A DNA stretch of 64,000 nt, taken from assembly GCF_964355755.1 (NCBI RefSeq), contig NC_092672.1, forward strand, positions 22,023,237 to 22,087,236, read 5' to 3'. This DNA is from Antedon mediterranea (lineage: Eukaryota > Animalia > Echinodermata). Below the pieces are notes generated by a model. That model was not told the origin of the DNA. It did no database searches and saw only the letters and a list, made by a program, of their open reading frames with translations. The position numbers were made by a program, and so were the translations under genes. Positions 22,801 to 37,800 of the stretch are shown here, piece after piece. Positions within the stretch are counted from its first letter, which is position 1. Every line of letters begins with the position of its first letter.

Positions 22801-25800
22801 AGAATATTTTTTTTTTTCAGGGGGACATAAAATTTCACAAACCTTCAATTGTTCTTACATATGATTTTGTATTTTAAAAGTGCAATTTTTACAAATTGTT
22901 TTTCAGACAAGTCACTTATATGCCCTATGATACCTGTGTATTATAATGATCAAAGATGCTAGTTGTACTGAATATTTTAGTATGATGTCTTATTCATCAT
23001 TTTTAGTAATGCATTTGGCCATACTCTCTTTTATTGTCAACACACTACCAACTCCGTCCACCACCACCTCCTCATTAAGCGAAGAGCAATGATATTAAAG
23101 GATGTAACATAGACCCATTAGACCCATTTTTAGTTTGTAATTATTTTTTCCATAATACATTACAAGGGCCTATACATTTTATATTACACAGTGCCCTCAC
23201 TCATTATTTATTTTACTTAAATTCTGTTTATATTGTTAGCACTTTCAGTACCAGTGTACTGTTCAATAAAAACCAAAAAATCTGTAAAAAATTTAATTTA
23301 ATTTAATTTTTTAGACCTTTTTTACGAAACACCTTTTAATTGAAATAGCATTTAAAATATAAGAAAAACAATTACCAGCATTAAACTAGATGATGATTTC
23401 ATTTCATTATTCGGTCTATTTTAGTATATACATAAAAAAATCTGAAATTGGGGAGACCAGGGTCAACCTACAGTAAGTGAACTTAATCACTGAGCTATAC
23501 GGTAGTATTTGTTTGTCTTAGTCTAATTTGGCATTTTTGGTCGCGTGCAAATGAGACTCTATAGCTGACTATGTCGGTCGGTAGGTCGGTCGGTCGGTAA
23601 AACACTAACTAAAATTTGCGCATTTGACTGCAGCCATGTATATGGCCTTGTTAATCATCTATTTCAATAATAATACATACAACATAGTATAAAACTGACT
23701 CCAAATAACAAGAGGCAAGCCATGATTCAACGTTTAAATATAAATCTACCCACTGTAATGTTGGTGTTGCTACAGATTTTCATAATTTAGAACAATGACA
23801 GATTATCAATGCTTACTTTATAGCATTCATTCAAGTATAAGTAATAATGTCAACAGTATACTATTTGAAAATCACAAGATAAAAAGATCAACTTTATTAT
23901 TATGATTTTGTAAAGCTTAATATTTGTTAACAGACTGTTCATTCTTTTAAATTCAAACTTTATTTATCCACAAAATATCAAAGATTAAAAATAAACTTGT
24001 TTCAAAAATGAAAAAAATTTAAAACATTGATCGTTCCTTAAGTTGGTAATTGACACAATTTTAACTAAAATAACTAACTAAAATTTAAAGTTTAGTTAGC
24101 AAAGTTCAAAAGGATGAATTAAAACACCTAATAAAATCCTTAAAAAGAGGCTACGAGGATGCTTGTTTTAATTGTCTTACCAGTATTGAATAAATGTTAT
24201 TGAATTGAAATTAAATTGAATTGAATTCACAGCCACCACATATTATAATATACATTAATGACAAAATATGATGTTTTAATTAAGTTTAACTAAAAATGAA
24301 AAACTACAATGTGTATTCCCTTTGCGTACTGATCAGCCATTTTTTATTGTTGCAAGGTTTCAAAATGATGCAATGAACTTTACTCCGTCCATTGGATTGA
24401 ATGTTAAATCGACCAAATATAAGTCCTGATAATGAACAGAACAGAACAGAGTATGCTCAGTATACTGTGCATAAGCATGTGCAGATTAATATTTTTTATT
24501 TTGTGTAGATTACCGTATCCTTTCATCTACCATCCACCTTTGTCTACCATACTGTCATAAAGTCACTAGTAGGTTTTATTGTAAATTAACAGCAACAGCT
24601 ACCGTATATTAAATAGTAGTACTAATTATTGTCAGTATTTTCATTTCTATTGTAAATTAATAGTCAACAGATACCTCTTAGAATCAGTCAGTCATACATT
24701 CTACTCATCCACCCTTTACCAAAAATTTGGGATTTTTAAAATGTTTTTCTTTCCATCATATATTCATTTATGACTGACAATTTTATACTTATAGTTTCAT
24801 TCTACTGTAAAACAATAATACTCTCATTGTCATTACATTCAGCCTCTTACATTAACATTCAAATTAATTCAGAATAAATACATTTGAATGATGAAGCCTA
24901 AAAAAAACCAGAATAACTAAAATACAAATAAATTGGTATATTTCTATACTATTGTACCTTATAACACAAGAATCTCCTGTTCATCCGAAGCGCGTAACAA
25001 TTTCGAAAGGCATTGTGAGATAGAATAGAGCTAATGGGTGGCGCCATTGTGAGCTATGGAGTAGCGCGCCCTCATCAAATTAGAAAGTCAAAATCATAGA
25101 GGGGATCTGCTAATACTATAGGGGGATAGAGTAATTGACTGAGCCCTCTATAGGAATTAATAGTTTTGACTTCCTAGTTTGGAGGGGGCGCTGCTCCATG
25201 CTGTGAAATGGCGTCGCCCAGTTTGACCTTTTAACCCTGTACTTCCGATACTGTGTTTTGAATGCAAATTGAAGAACAGGAGATTCTTGTGTTATAAGTT
25301 CTTTGCTTTGATGGAGATGATGATACTGTTATAAAGCCTATCAAACATACAGTGCTAGTTGACGGTGATTATTTGCTTTTTGTTAAAAGTAAATAATAGT
25401 CAACCAGAAATAAAACTTGGTTTACTAAAGCTTTGGTTGCCAACGCAATGTAGGCGCTACGCAAGTGCGTTGACCAATAACAAGCAACAGTTCGGATAAT
25501 CCATCACATTGTGATTGGTAAATTTGCTTGATTTAATTTACAAAAAAATTGCATAGACTACAGACAAATGGACAGACTAAATGTTGGGACAAACAAACTT
25601 ATTACATGCCATTATTACTAAAAAATAATTTGGGATTTACACTACCCATCTGAATATACATACACCTTAATCTGAATACCTTATCCAACATGATTACAGT
25701 GTTTAAACAGCGAATAATACTATGCCTTTGTAGATTCATTCCATAACATAGTTTCATTCCATTAAAACTACAATAGTAACATTATCGCATAACCTATATA

Positions 25801-28800
25801 ACCTACCACTTTTTTTAATAGAATAAACCGAATGCTATCATCTCTTTAACTATTTAATACACAATAACATCTACCCGTCTATGATAGTGCAGCGTGTCAA
25901 TCACAGCTAAAGACACCAGTTGTACACCTTTGTGTCTTATTATTCAATGCATTTCAACACAATGCTGCTCAGACACCACCTATATTATTCTACTTGAGTT
26001 TGCTAGATCATCATATAAAAGTGCATTATGATGAGATCAGATTGTTTTTATATAATTGTCCTTTATTAATAATTATAATATTGACAACCATTCTGATGTT
26101 TGTTCATGGTTGTGCAGAGCCATGATAAATACAATTGTCACAGCTTGAATAAGGTAACAGGGAGAAAATTAAATGAAAACCTTCCTCAATAATATTTCTC
26201 TGCTCAAATGCTGGATTGTAATGAGTTTTTAATATTAAATGTGTCTATATAATTTATTTTTTGTTAAGTAGGTCTTTTAACATAGTGATGTTTAATGTGA
26301 AATGGTTAAATGTATTCAGAGTGAGATCTGCCAATGTAAATTATCTAAATTAAAATCATTTACATTAGAAACTTTCAATTGTATTTCTATTATATTTTAT
26401 CAATTTTAAGTGCTGTTCTTAAAATACAATTGCAGTCTACCAAATCATGGAGCTATAAAGCTCAATGAGACTGAAAAACTGTTAACCTATGATGTACACA
26501 GCCTATTTAATACTTAGTTGAAATGCCATTATTAGACATTTTTAATCATTGATTTATTTAGAGAAATTAAAAAAACTTCACCAGAAGTTTTAGAATGGTC
26601 ATATCAGTTGTATTTTGATTTTTATACTACTAACAATATATGTTCACATTTTGTAGTAATACACTACTAACATGTATAGATAGTATTTACAATACCCATC
26701 TGAATAATTATACTACACCTTAATAGATTTATCTCTTTGTTTTCTTTTGAAAAAGATTTTAATACACAAAAAAAACCCCCAAAAATAAACATCTACCCTG
26801 TATGTGATGATACACATGGGGTCAAATCATTTTTCTATTCGACCTATTCGCTATCCGTTGCTAGGACAGAATAATCTGGATTTTTTTTTTTTTACATTAA
26901 TCCAAGTTAATCAACTACCACACTTTATTTCAAAAGATAACATTAGCATAATTATATTTTCTGTAAAATGGCTGCATAATTAGTTATCCACACCTTGGCG
27001 GATAACTCCTTGTGATTGTATAAAATCATCATCAACTTTTTTTATCTGTATTATTCTTCTTTCATTCCACATTTCATAACTTCGTAAAGTTGTGCACCTA
27101 CTATTTTTTAAAAACGTCAGAGTTGCGCAACATGACTTTCGCGTGATTTTATGAATTTAAATGATTGATCATAGATCAAAAAACCAAATGTCATTTTGTA
27201 TTGACACTTTTTTAATTTAAGTCATATCAAGAGTCAACTTTCTATGGATTAAAAATGTTTCACAAAGTTACGCGCACAAGATTTCTTACAACCAACACCT
27301 GCACTTGCTGTAACTTAATTCGTATTCTCGGTTTGTGAACTTAATTCTCTTGAATTTTTCATTATAAACCTTTAAAGAATTGAAAAGTCAATTAAACCAT
27401 ATCTAATTTTATTTTAATGACTTACTGATTTTGATTTTAAATGCATTATGGCTACTCATACATGCTGATTGCCTTCTTAACCCTATTTCACATTGACTAT
27501 TCTTGTTATTGTACAAGTTACTAAATGTTTTAGTTTACTTAATTCACTTCCCACAACCTTAATCAATAATCACCTTGACAAATTTCAATATAAATTTACC
27601 TCCTGGTTCATCTTGTTTTTCATCACTGTTTTATGTATGTTTATGTTTTTCCCCTTGTACTCTATACGCACAAACATACTTTGCCTATTATATTATTCTT
27701 AATGTATATATAGTATAAGCCCATGGAGTAATTTATAATTCTTCCGTAAGCTTCCTAATTACATGTAAAGATAATAAAAGCGTCACATTTTGTTTCTAAT
27801 TTGTTTTGTGTATTTCAGTTATAAACGGCTACTACTGTAGGAAACATTTTTTTGTACTGTACGGTAATTATTAATTTAAATAATAATATTTATTATTTGC
27901 ATATCTACGGACGTACCATCATTATTTTCAATTCAATATGTTCTATCAATACTTTTGAATTCATAAATAAAGTGTACTTGCTTTTTGAACTTCAGATTTA
28001 AAGGACGATACCTAAAACTTACAAGTGTATTTAAAATATACAGTAGTGCAAAATATTCTGTATTTATTTTTGTTACAATGAATGATACTGATCGCAAACA
28101 TTCATGCATAGCCTACTTATAATAAGCATTTGCCTACCAGACGTATATGTTGAACTTTCTTTCAATCCTTTGTATATCAATGGATTAAAACATAGAAAAT
28201 GAGACTTCAATTGCAACTCTTGCATATAAGTTTAACTACGTCAACGTCGGTGAGGTTGAAATCTGTTTGTCAGTGGGTCTCACACCCAGCAAAGACGGGT
28301 ACAGGTGCTAGTAATTTATATGATCAGATCATTTGATATCTGCTGCTTTAAAGTACAGTTTGATTTAATGTGATCACATCATTTCCCTATTATCATTTGA
28401 TTTATAATTTTAGATGTAATTTTGTTGTTGTCGTCGTTGTGGTTTATATTTGTGAAACTAAACAAGATGAACGGATTAAAGAATAAAACATCTTACAATG
28501 TTTCTATATTGTGTAGTGAAGATAAACTCCTTTCAGTTCAATATTATAGAAACTATTTTTATCAAGAAAGAGACCATGCCCGGCTTTAAATAGAGATGCG
28601 GTTATGTTGGGGAAAGAGAAAGAGCTTTCCATAATGTATGAAGCTCATCTGAAAACACTGTTTTCATCAAGATCAAATATGCATAAGTTAGAACTCAGAA
28701 TTAGAATGCTCAGGATATTAATGAGTATCACTGAAATATTGATTAATAAATACAAATGTTGTTGAATTGTGTTATCCTAATGTCTACTACCAACCTTCAT

Positions 28801-31800
28801 TTAAAATCAATTATTTTTTTAGGTAGATCAAGATCAAATATAGTTCTGACTTGTTAATGGTCACATGACAGTATAGTTTATTGGACTTGCCAGTGATAAT
28901 GACAAAATATTTATTATTTTGGTCTACTATTACAGTAACACTTTTTATCAATTAATGATACTGTATAACATATCAGTGCAACCTCCAATATTGTATTTTA
29001 AAAAATCAACAAAAATATATATATATTGTTTTTTTATATTGGAACTGAGAAAGGCATATATTCCTGATCTAAAATTATTTTCACTTTGGGATATTTTTGT
29101 AAATTACAACTTTCATAAAAAAATATCATTAAAAAAAAGACAACATTGTATGTCTGAACATAGTATAAATATGCACATGGTATAAATATATAATTTGTAA
29201 AATGTGTCAGAGGTCGTACATTTACAAAATAAAAAGAAAAAAAGGAATTTACATATTTATTTTTATACAGAGGTATAAAGTGAGTGGCACTAGCCTTAGT
29301 CAGTGTAACTCTTTTTTTTTTCTGCTATAAATGAGTTAGGAATAAAATTGTCATGTGACAGAATACCAATGTAACATTTTTTCTTTAATCAGTATTTTAA
29401 AACCTGATGATTATGACCTCTTTCCAGGCTGGAAACACTCCACTACATTCATATCTGGCTTATAGTTCTAAGGATCCTATATTAGAAATGGTGACCTGTT
29501 TCATAAATAAGGGGGCATCAGTGACATCACAAAATAAGGTAATATACAGACAATTTTCAGTAATACTGTATGGCAACAATCTTTCACCTACTCTAGTACA
29601 TTATTCTATTCTTTTTTTTTCTTTTTTTATATCTGGTTCATCATATAATTAATAATAATGATAATTATTTTTATTATTAAATTGTGTGATTTTTGGTAGA
29701 CCTATTTAAAAAACCATTCCTTCAAAGATGACAATATCTACTATCACAGCGATTTTAAACTGATAGGAAGATTGTGGGTTGTATAATTTATGCTGAGATT
29801 GGACCTATCGGATATTTTGACGACATGAAGTAAGGGTAGAGATAATGTGCCCGGCTTCATAAGTTATTTAATAAGGGCGTTTAATCCTATAACCTATGCT
29901 TCATTATTATACTCTGTAGCCATCTGTATTTCAGTACTGATCTACACATGCGCACAGCTCTAATCTGAATTAAATGAAAGAAAGAATATTTTTCATAATT
30001 TGTTATCCAATGAACCATATCATTTTTTAACTTTGCTTTGTTTCATAAGTAAATGTTATTTTTTGAACAGATGTCAGGATTATTCTCAATGGCCCTGTTT
30101 CTGCTGCCAACTAAATACCGTATATTATACGGTATTTTTTGAATACCGTATATATACGGTATATTTTTGGCAGCAGAAACTGCGCTCATAAAAAATATAC
30201 CGTATTTTGTATACCGTATTTTCCCCACAAAATTTGTGGATAAAATACGGTATTTACAAATTTATACCGTATTTTTTGTACCCGTTTCTGCTGCCAATAA
30301 AAAATACCGTATTTTTTTTTTACATGACAAAAGGTCACCATTCGTGTTTTTATTTTCTGTCGCTGTTAGCTGCTTTACACACATGTATAGATATATTCGG
30401 CGAAAATGTGGAGCGAAGACGTCACAGTTTTACTAAATAAATGTGTGTGGGGAAGCTAAAATGTCTGACCAACTAAAAGGTAATAAAAGGGACAACCACA
30501 TTTATAAAGACATTTCTAAAAAAATAAAGCAGGAGTATGGAATAGACTTGTCTCCAAAGCAAGTAAACTCAAAGCTGAAGAGCCTACGAAAGCAGTACAA
30601 CATTGCAAAATACAATAACTCGGGGAGGGAACGAATTAATTGTCCCCATTACAATGTTTTCTGTGCTCTCACAACATCTCTATCACTATGGCTAGGCTGT
30701 TGAAAGTGAGACGTAAAACTTCCTTTATTGCGAATTTTAATTATCGATCAAATAAATGAATGGCAATTTGGGTAAAAAAGATGAAATTTAACACGACCAC
30801 CCAAGAAGTATTGTTAGCAGAAACGGGGTACTAAGAAATACGGTATAAAAAATACCGTATTTTATACCGTATTTTTATACCGTATTTTGAGCAGTTGCAG
30901 CAGAAACAGGCCCAATGTGTAATTCAATCTAGAAATTGACATTGAAATCTGAATCATTCAGTGAAATAACTTATATAGAGCAGACCTCCCAACTATGCTG
31001 ATAATGGCGAAAGCAATTTTGAATATACTGATATTTCTAATCTCTATTAAGAATCTAGATAAGAAGAAAAAGAAAATATGCTAAATATCCGCACAACGTT
31101 AGTAATAAATTCATGTATTGTTTAATAATTAAAATATTTGTATTTTCCGCCATTTGGCATACACATTACTATTATAAATACCAAAACCTTTACATTTCTA
31201 GTAGCGCCCTTTATGGTCTAATGTATTTTTCAAAATATTATAGCGCCCTGTATAGTTTGGACATGATTTCATAAAACCTCCCAATGTATCATTTGATTTG
31301 TTGAGAGGTGACAAACTTAAAACAGCCGATTATATAAACTGAATAACAATGTATTTTACTTTACTGTTAGTGTATTGTCAGTTATAGGCCTTTTGCTTAT
31401 TTCATAAAGACAATACACATTAAACAATGATTCGATAAAGATTGAAATGTTGAATCATGAATTCCCTAATATTATTGTTGTTGTTGTTGGCGTCTTTGCC
31501 GCACCCAACATTTTCAGAAAAAAGGGTGACTATTTTTGGACAAAAATCACTCAAGCGTGACTTGTGTTTTTCACATGGTAATACATGAAATTTGATCACT
31601 AAAATGCTTTAAATGTTGCCATTAGGGTATGAAAACATAGGGTTTGCCACAAAAATTGTAATGAATGGACTATTAGTTTAGGATATGTGAAAACATGGGT
31701 TTTATATTTGATTTGCATTCAAGTGATTGTGTTGGAAAGAGATTAACATCGTTACCATTTTAAGATAGTTAAAACAAATTATTTTATAACATGTGAATTA

Positions 31801-34800
31801 TGGAATTATTTTTAAGGATAAGATAAATACAGCGTCACACTTGACATTCTTCTTTCACAAAAAAAAATAATTTTTAACTTCATGATTGATTTTTTTCCAC
31901 AGAATGGAAATCCTCCACTATATGAATACCTGATTCAACGTCTCAACCCTGCTTCAGAAATTGTAAAATTTCTCATTAAAAAGGATAGTGCATTATTGAC
32001 ATTGCTAAATAAGGTAATCTACAGAAAATTGAAGTTTCTATACACAAATAGATGTAAAATGCATAACAATAAACTCATGAGGACGGTCATTAACAGAGCT
32101 TGACTCTGTTTTGAGACGTACACAGACAAATGTCGGCTTCTTTCGCAGACCCTGTGCACGCAAGATTAGTGGGCATGTTTGAGAAGTTTCTGCATTTCAA
32201 GGTCTTTAGGTAGCCAATTAAAGAGGATGAACTAAAAACACAGAATCAAAACCTTAAAGGTGCTTACAAGAATGCTTGTTTATACTAATATAGCTAACAA
32301 CTGTTAATGTAGTAAAACCTCCAGCTAATGTAGAAACACTAACAGCTTTAGTAAATAAAAAGTCAACACCAGCTAATGTAGAACGTCAACAACTAATGTA
32401 GTAACAAAAATTGCCTCACACTATCGCCAGCTAATATAGAAAATATATATTTTACAAACCTGTTTAAATCTGTGCAAATGAATTTTTTTATTTAGCTATC
32501 AGTCTATCCACTTTTGTAAACGACCAATTTTCTAAAACGACCATACATTGTAAGCAAACATTTCTCTTAAGAGAGCGCTTTTCATAATTGACTACCTCTT
32601 GTAAGGGATCACCTCCTGTCATAAAGGACTACTTCTTATAATCGAACACCTCTTGTAAGCGACCACCTCTCTTAAAGAACACACCTCTCTTAAGTGACCA
32701 CCTCTTTCAAGGGACCACAACCTCTCTCTTAAGGGACAACTTCAACCACCACAAAATGTAGGTTCATGGTGATAGCCAAATATACAATTGTATGGGTTTT
32801 CTGTCAAAACAATTGATTAACAGTGCACTTTTATTTATTTATCAAATCCAAACATTTAAAAGCTCACTCATATTATGGGATAAAGAGGCCTACTTCCCAT
32901 TATGGGGATAGTGTAGTATGTGGTGAAAATTAAACACAGGAAAGCTCACTCATATTATGGGGTAAAGAGGCCTACTTCCCATTATGGGGATAGTGTAGTA
33001 TGTGGTGAAAATTAAACACAGGAAAGCTCACTCATATTATGGGATAAAGAGGCCTACTTCCCATTATGGGGATAGTGTAGTATGTGGTGAAAATTAAACA
33101 CAGGAGAGAATGCTATTCTTGCTTCTACATAATAAATAGATAAAAGTTGGTTTATCTACCAGCAGTTTTTCTTATTGTTAGTATATTATTACTATTTACG
33201 TTTGGATTTATAGATCTTGCCTACTACAGAACAGAGGTAGTGTTTTGGAACTGGGTGTCTATCAATTAATATGTCTTTTGTAAATATCTTGTTTAAGTAA
33301 ATATTTTTGTTTTTAGGAAGGAAAGACGCCTGAATCTATTGTAGAAACAAATATGTACATAACGAAAAAAGAAAAAACTGTGATTTTAAACTATTTTGAC
33401 AGTAAGTAAAGTTTATAAATATAAATTATGCATTAATCTAAGATAGGTAAACACAGTGCAAAAGCTTTAATGTGGTACAGGTGGTCATTTGAAATTATCA
33501 ATGCTACTACTATAAATTTTACAAAATTGTACTACAGAAACAAACTGTAAGGTAAATATTTTTATATAAGCTGGCAGACCTTATTTTTCTGGTTCATTAC
33601 AAATGAATGAAACTAAATTCTCTTGGATCCAGCCCAATCAATAGCATAATTGATATGTATGTACATGGTTGCCACTATTTTATTATATTAATTGAGAGTT
33701 GGTTTAATACATTTGTATTAAAGATGTGTCCCCCTGAAAAAATAATTCTTAACAAAATGTTTGTTGAATATGCCATTTTAATGTAACATAATAGTTATCC
33801 ACTTTGACCAAAAATTGGATCGGACAAAAAAACTTTAATTTAAAGCAAAAAATGTTCAAATTGGCTGCCAGCCAATGGGTTTTTGGTTGAATTTAACCAT
33901 TTATTTTATCAATTTATAAGTGAAAACATTATTTTTTTTCATCTTTTTTTCTACGGAAGTGATTATCTTTATGAAAACTACAAAATAACATATTCAAAGT
34001 CTGATTTAATTAATCTTCATTTTTCATGTTTTTGGGGGACAATACATCTTTAATATTATTGTATTGCTGGTACTCGAACATAATTTAATATTTTTATTTC
34101 CTATGGTTCAAGTTTACCGGAGGTATTATTAAAGTTGATGAGAACTTTTGTACTGTATATGGGATGACATTTATTTTACTGTTTAATAACAAAATACTGA
34201 TAATATCAAGCATTTTTAAGGCTTATAGAGGCAGAATGAGATAACAATTAATTTGTTGTCATAATAGAATTAGTTCCTGCAGAGATACGTGCCAGGGGTA
34301 AACAAGCTATTAAAATATATAAAGAAGAACTTAAAACTGGTAGCATGTCTGTTGTGAATTCAAGATGTATGTTTCTAGGAAAAGAAGGTGCTGGGAAGAC
34401 TAGCTGTGTAAAGGCTATGGTTGGAGAAAGGTAAAAAGTAAAATTGGTATAATGTTTATCGAGTATATATTACTGTACGGTATCTTAAGCTGTATTGACC
34501 ATCAATAGTTGTGTGCAAACATTATCTTGTGAACTGCTAAAGGAAAGGTTTTATTTAATTTGAATTATTATACACTAAGGGTGACATTGCAGTATGTTGA
34601 ATATTGTGATTCTTATAAAATATTAAAAACATTAATTTTATACACTTTAATTTACTTTTAAACTTACTAATGTTCTATTCATTAAAAATGTATCAGTTGT
34701 TTTATGATTGGAATATTTAAATGCAAACCCTTTCATGATTTAATCATTTTATACATACTATGTATGTTTCTAAAATGTACAATAAATTTTAACTTTACTA

Positions 34801-37800
34801 TACAATGTTATAATAGATTCAATTCTGCAGAACAATCCACAGATGGAATCGTTACAACCACAGTGTTTCAAGCAAAGAAGGATTGTAGTCAATGGAAAAA
34901 GATAAAAGATGTAAATGGTGAGAAAAGCAACTGAAAATGTTAAATTTTACATATTCATTATTTTGCTATAAATTTAACATTAATTTATTTTTGATAAAAT
35001 AATACTAATATTTAAATAAAAACATTCTTAAATGTATAATATAATGCCATTTACACATTGGTTATACAACAAATAACAATTCAAAATTCATTTGGCTATG
35101 CAACCATTACGTCTTGGTCTTACATTTTCAATGAGGTGATTGAAATCACCTCAGATACCAAGAATTGGAAAATTACTGTCAATGTTCAAAATATTGCTTA
35201 TCATTGTATTCCTCTCATCCCATACAACAGATTGGTTTCCTAATCTAATTGTCCATTTCTTGCTTTGTATAGATATTGAGCTATCAGAGCAAATTCGTTC
35301 ACATGCTTTAGGAGAAAAGGTTGATAAAAGGTTACAAGAAGGTAGGTACAGACTAATAAAGCTTTTATAACATTTAAATCTGCATAAAAGATGTATAATG
35401 ATATCGATCAGTAACACTGTTATATTGGTTTTGTTTCTGTAATTTTTTGTAGAAGGCAATGTTGGAACCTGGGCTAAATTTAAGAATGCTATGTATAAGA
35501 TGGTAAGAAGAAAAGAAAATGTGAGTGACATAACTAGTATATGGGACTATGCTGGTCAACTAGACTACTATATAACGCACAGGGTATGTTTTCATTATTC
35601 TATTATGAATATCACTTGTATTCTAAGAGTCATATTTAAAACAAATATTATTTTTATTGGGTTCAGAAATAAATCAATTAGAAGCTCTTAAATACTAATA
35701 GAGCTTTACTTTCTTTTTACATGATGTGTACTTACTATATTACTGACTGTATTTTGACAAGAACATTTTTAACAGGGTTATTTATCAATGTGCAACATTT
35801 TTTTAGACTAGATGCTATGTTTTTGTTGGTTTTTCTAGTTTTCATATGAAACATCACCAGGGGCTGATCCAGGGGAGAGGACCACAGGGCATTTGTACCT
35901 GTCAATATTATCAACAGTAAAATGATAGCGTGGAGGGGCGGAGTGGAGTAGATGTGGGAATGAGAAGGTTTAATATATTATTTAAGCATCGTCAGTAAGC
36001 ATTAAACAACCTCAAAACCTCAGAAAACCATACCTCCACCAATTATACCAGGCCTTTCTTTCTTTCTCTTTTGTTCTTTATATTTCATGCAATAATGCGA
36101 TGTTGAATAAAGATCAATAGGTGATCTACAATAAACAATGCTAAAATAAATACTTTACACATACTATTCACAATCTAATTACAACAAATAGTATTCCTGA
36201 TCTAAAAAGAAAGAAGGTCCTATTAAGACTCATAATAAAAGCAAATCACTATCCAAATGGAAAAGTAAACAGAGAGGTACCACTTTTGAAATAATATCAA
36301 CAATTGTATGACTTTGATGGTAAGAAATTACCACGTGTATCAAGGCGAGCTAAACAATGGTTGTGGAAATGCCATTTGACGTAGTACACGCACCTCTCAC
36401 GTGTATCAATGCGAGCTGAACGATGGTGGAAAAACAATTTAATTTGACATACATACATCCCTCTTACAAGAAACCATGTGTTCCTGCCTGAATTGATGGT
36501 ATCTGTTCCAATTTATTGTTATGTATCACTCTGGCCTAGACAATGACGACAATACGACAGACTCATGTATATACCAACAATGAAATTGCGCTATATTTAG
36601 ACATTGACAGGATTTGCTCACTGTCTGGGTGACATCATGTAGCTTGTTTTTAAACGTCTAAACAAGTAGGTTAGACCTAGCCAATGGTTTTGAAATAATC
36701 ATGACAACATAACAAAACATACATAGTAATACACATTATGTCAAGTTAGTTCCCACAACATAGGAACCACAGTCCTGGTAAGGGTCTGGTATCACAGTGT
36801 ATAAATGGTGAAAGTTGATTTTACAGTCTGCATTAATCTGCATGTTTGACTTGATGAGGCATGAACAAAGTGCTCGTAACAAAAGCAGAGCAAAATAGAT
36901 AAATAAATGACTATTTATTTGCGCACTAGATTGTTTCATAAAAGTGATAAAAAGAAGAGCTATTTTATCACCTTGATGAAACAGTACAGTGTGTAGTGTG
37001 CAAATAGAATGTTGAAGTTTTTACTTGAGTCATTAAACTTTATCTATATAAAATATTGTAATATTATATTATAATTAACCATAAAAACATAATCCTTGTT
37101 AATTTCCAGTTTTTCCTGACAAATACAGTATCATACTGTGTTGCTTTCAATGTCATGGACAACTTGGATGAGCCAGCTAAACCACGGGATTCAAAAATAG
37201 TAAGTTAAACTTTAGTACTTTAGACAATCTTGTGAACTACAAATGCTATAATGTAATTTAATTTCAATATTAGTTTAAAAATATATTGTCATTGTCATTT
37301 TAGGGTCAGCTAGGAATGACTAATTTGGATATGAATTTCTTCTGGATAAGGTCCATTTATGAACATACTGTACAACATGGTTCAGGAAACACTATTTCAA
37401 TTGATGGCAAGAACATAGATTCACCTCCCATCTGTTTGGTTGCAACTCATATGGACAAATTGTCAGGGACAGCATCAGAAAAAGAGGAGGAGGTAAATAG
37501 TATATAAATATTAGATATTTATATCTTGTCTTTTTCTCAACTATGTCAATATAAGCGCTCCTAGCAACTGAACACAACTGAATGCAACTATAAACCCCAA
37601 CTGACTGCAACTGACAGGTGCACAACAATGTAGACATAAGCTTAGTTTACATGTATAGTTGCCCATGTTCTATTTTTACTGTAACTGAGTGAAACTGAAA
37701 AGTTTTAAACGTGTCACACGTGTGGTATGGGTAACGGCGACCAGTCGCAATTGGTTTGTATATACTGGTTCCTATACAACTATTAATTGCGTTGTGCATG

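Noticed and set aside
26270-26287. ACATAGTG as the missing right TIR
   Set aside because: Only 8 bp match, it is not followed by GCTTA, and it lies beyond a ROCO exon.
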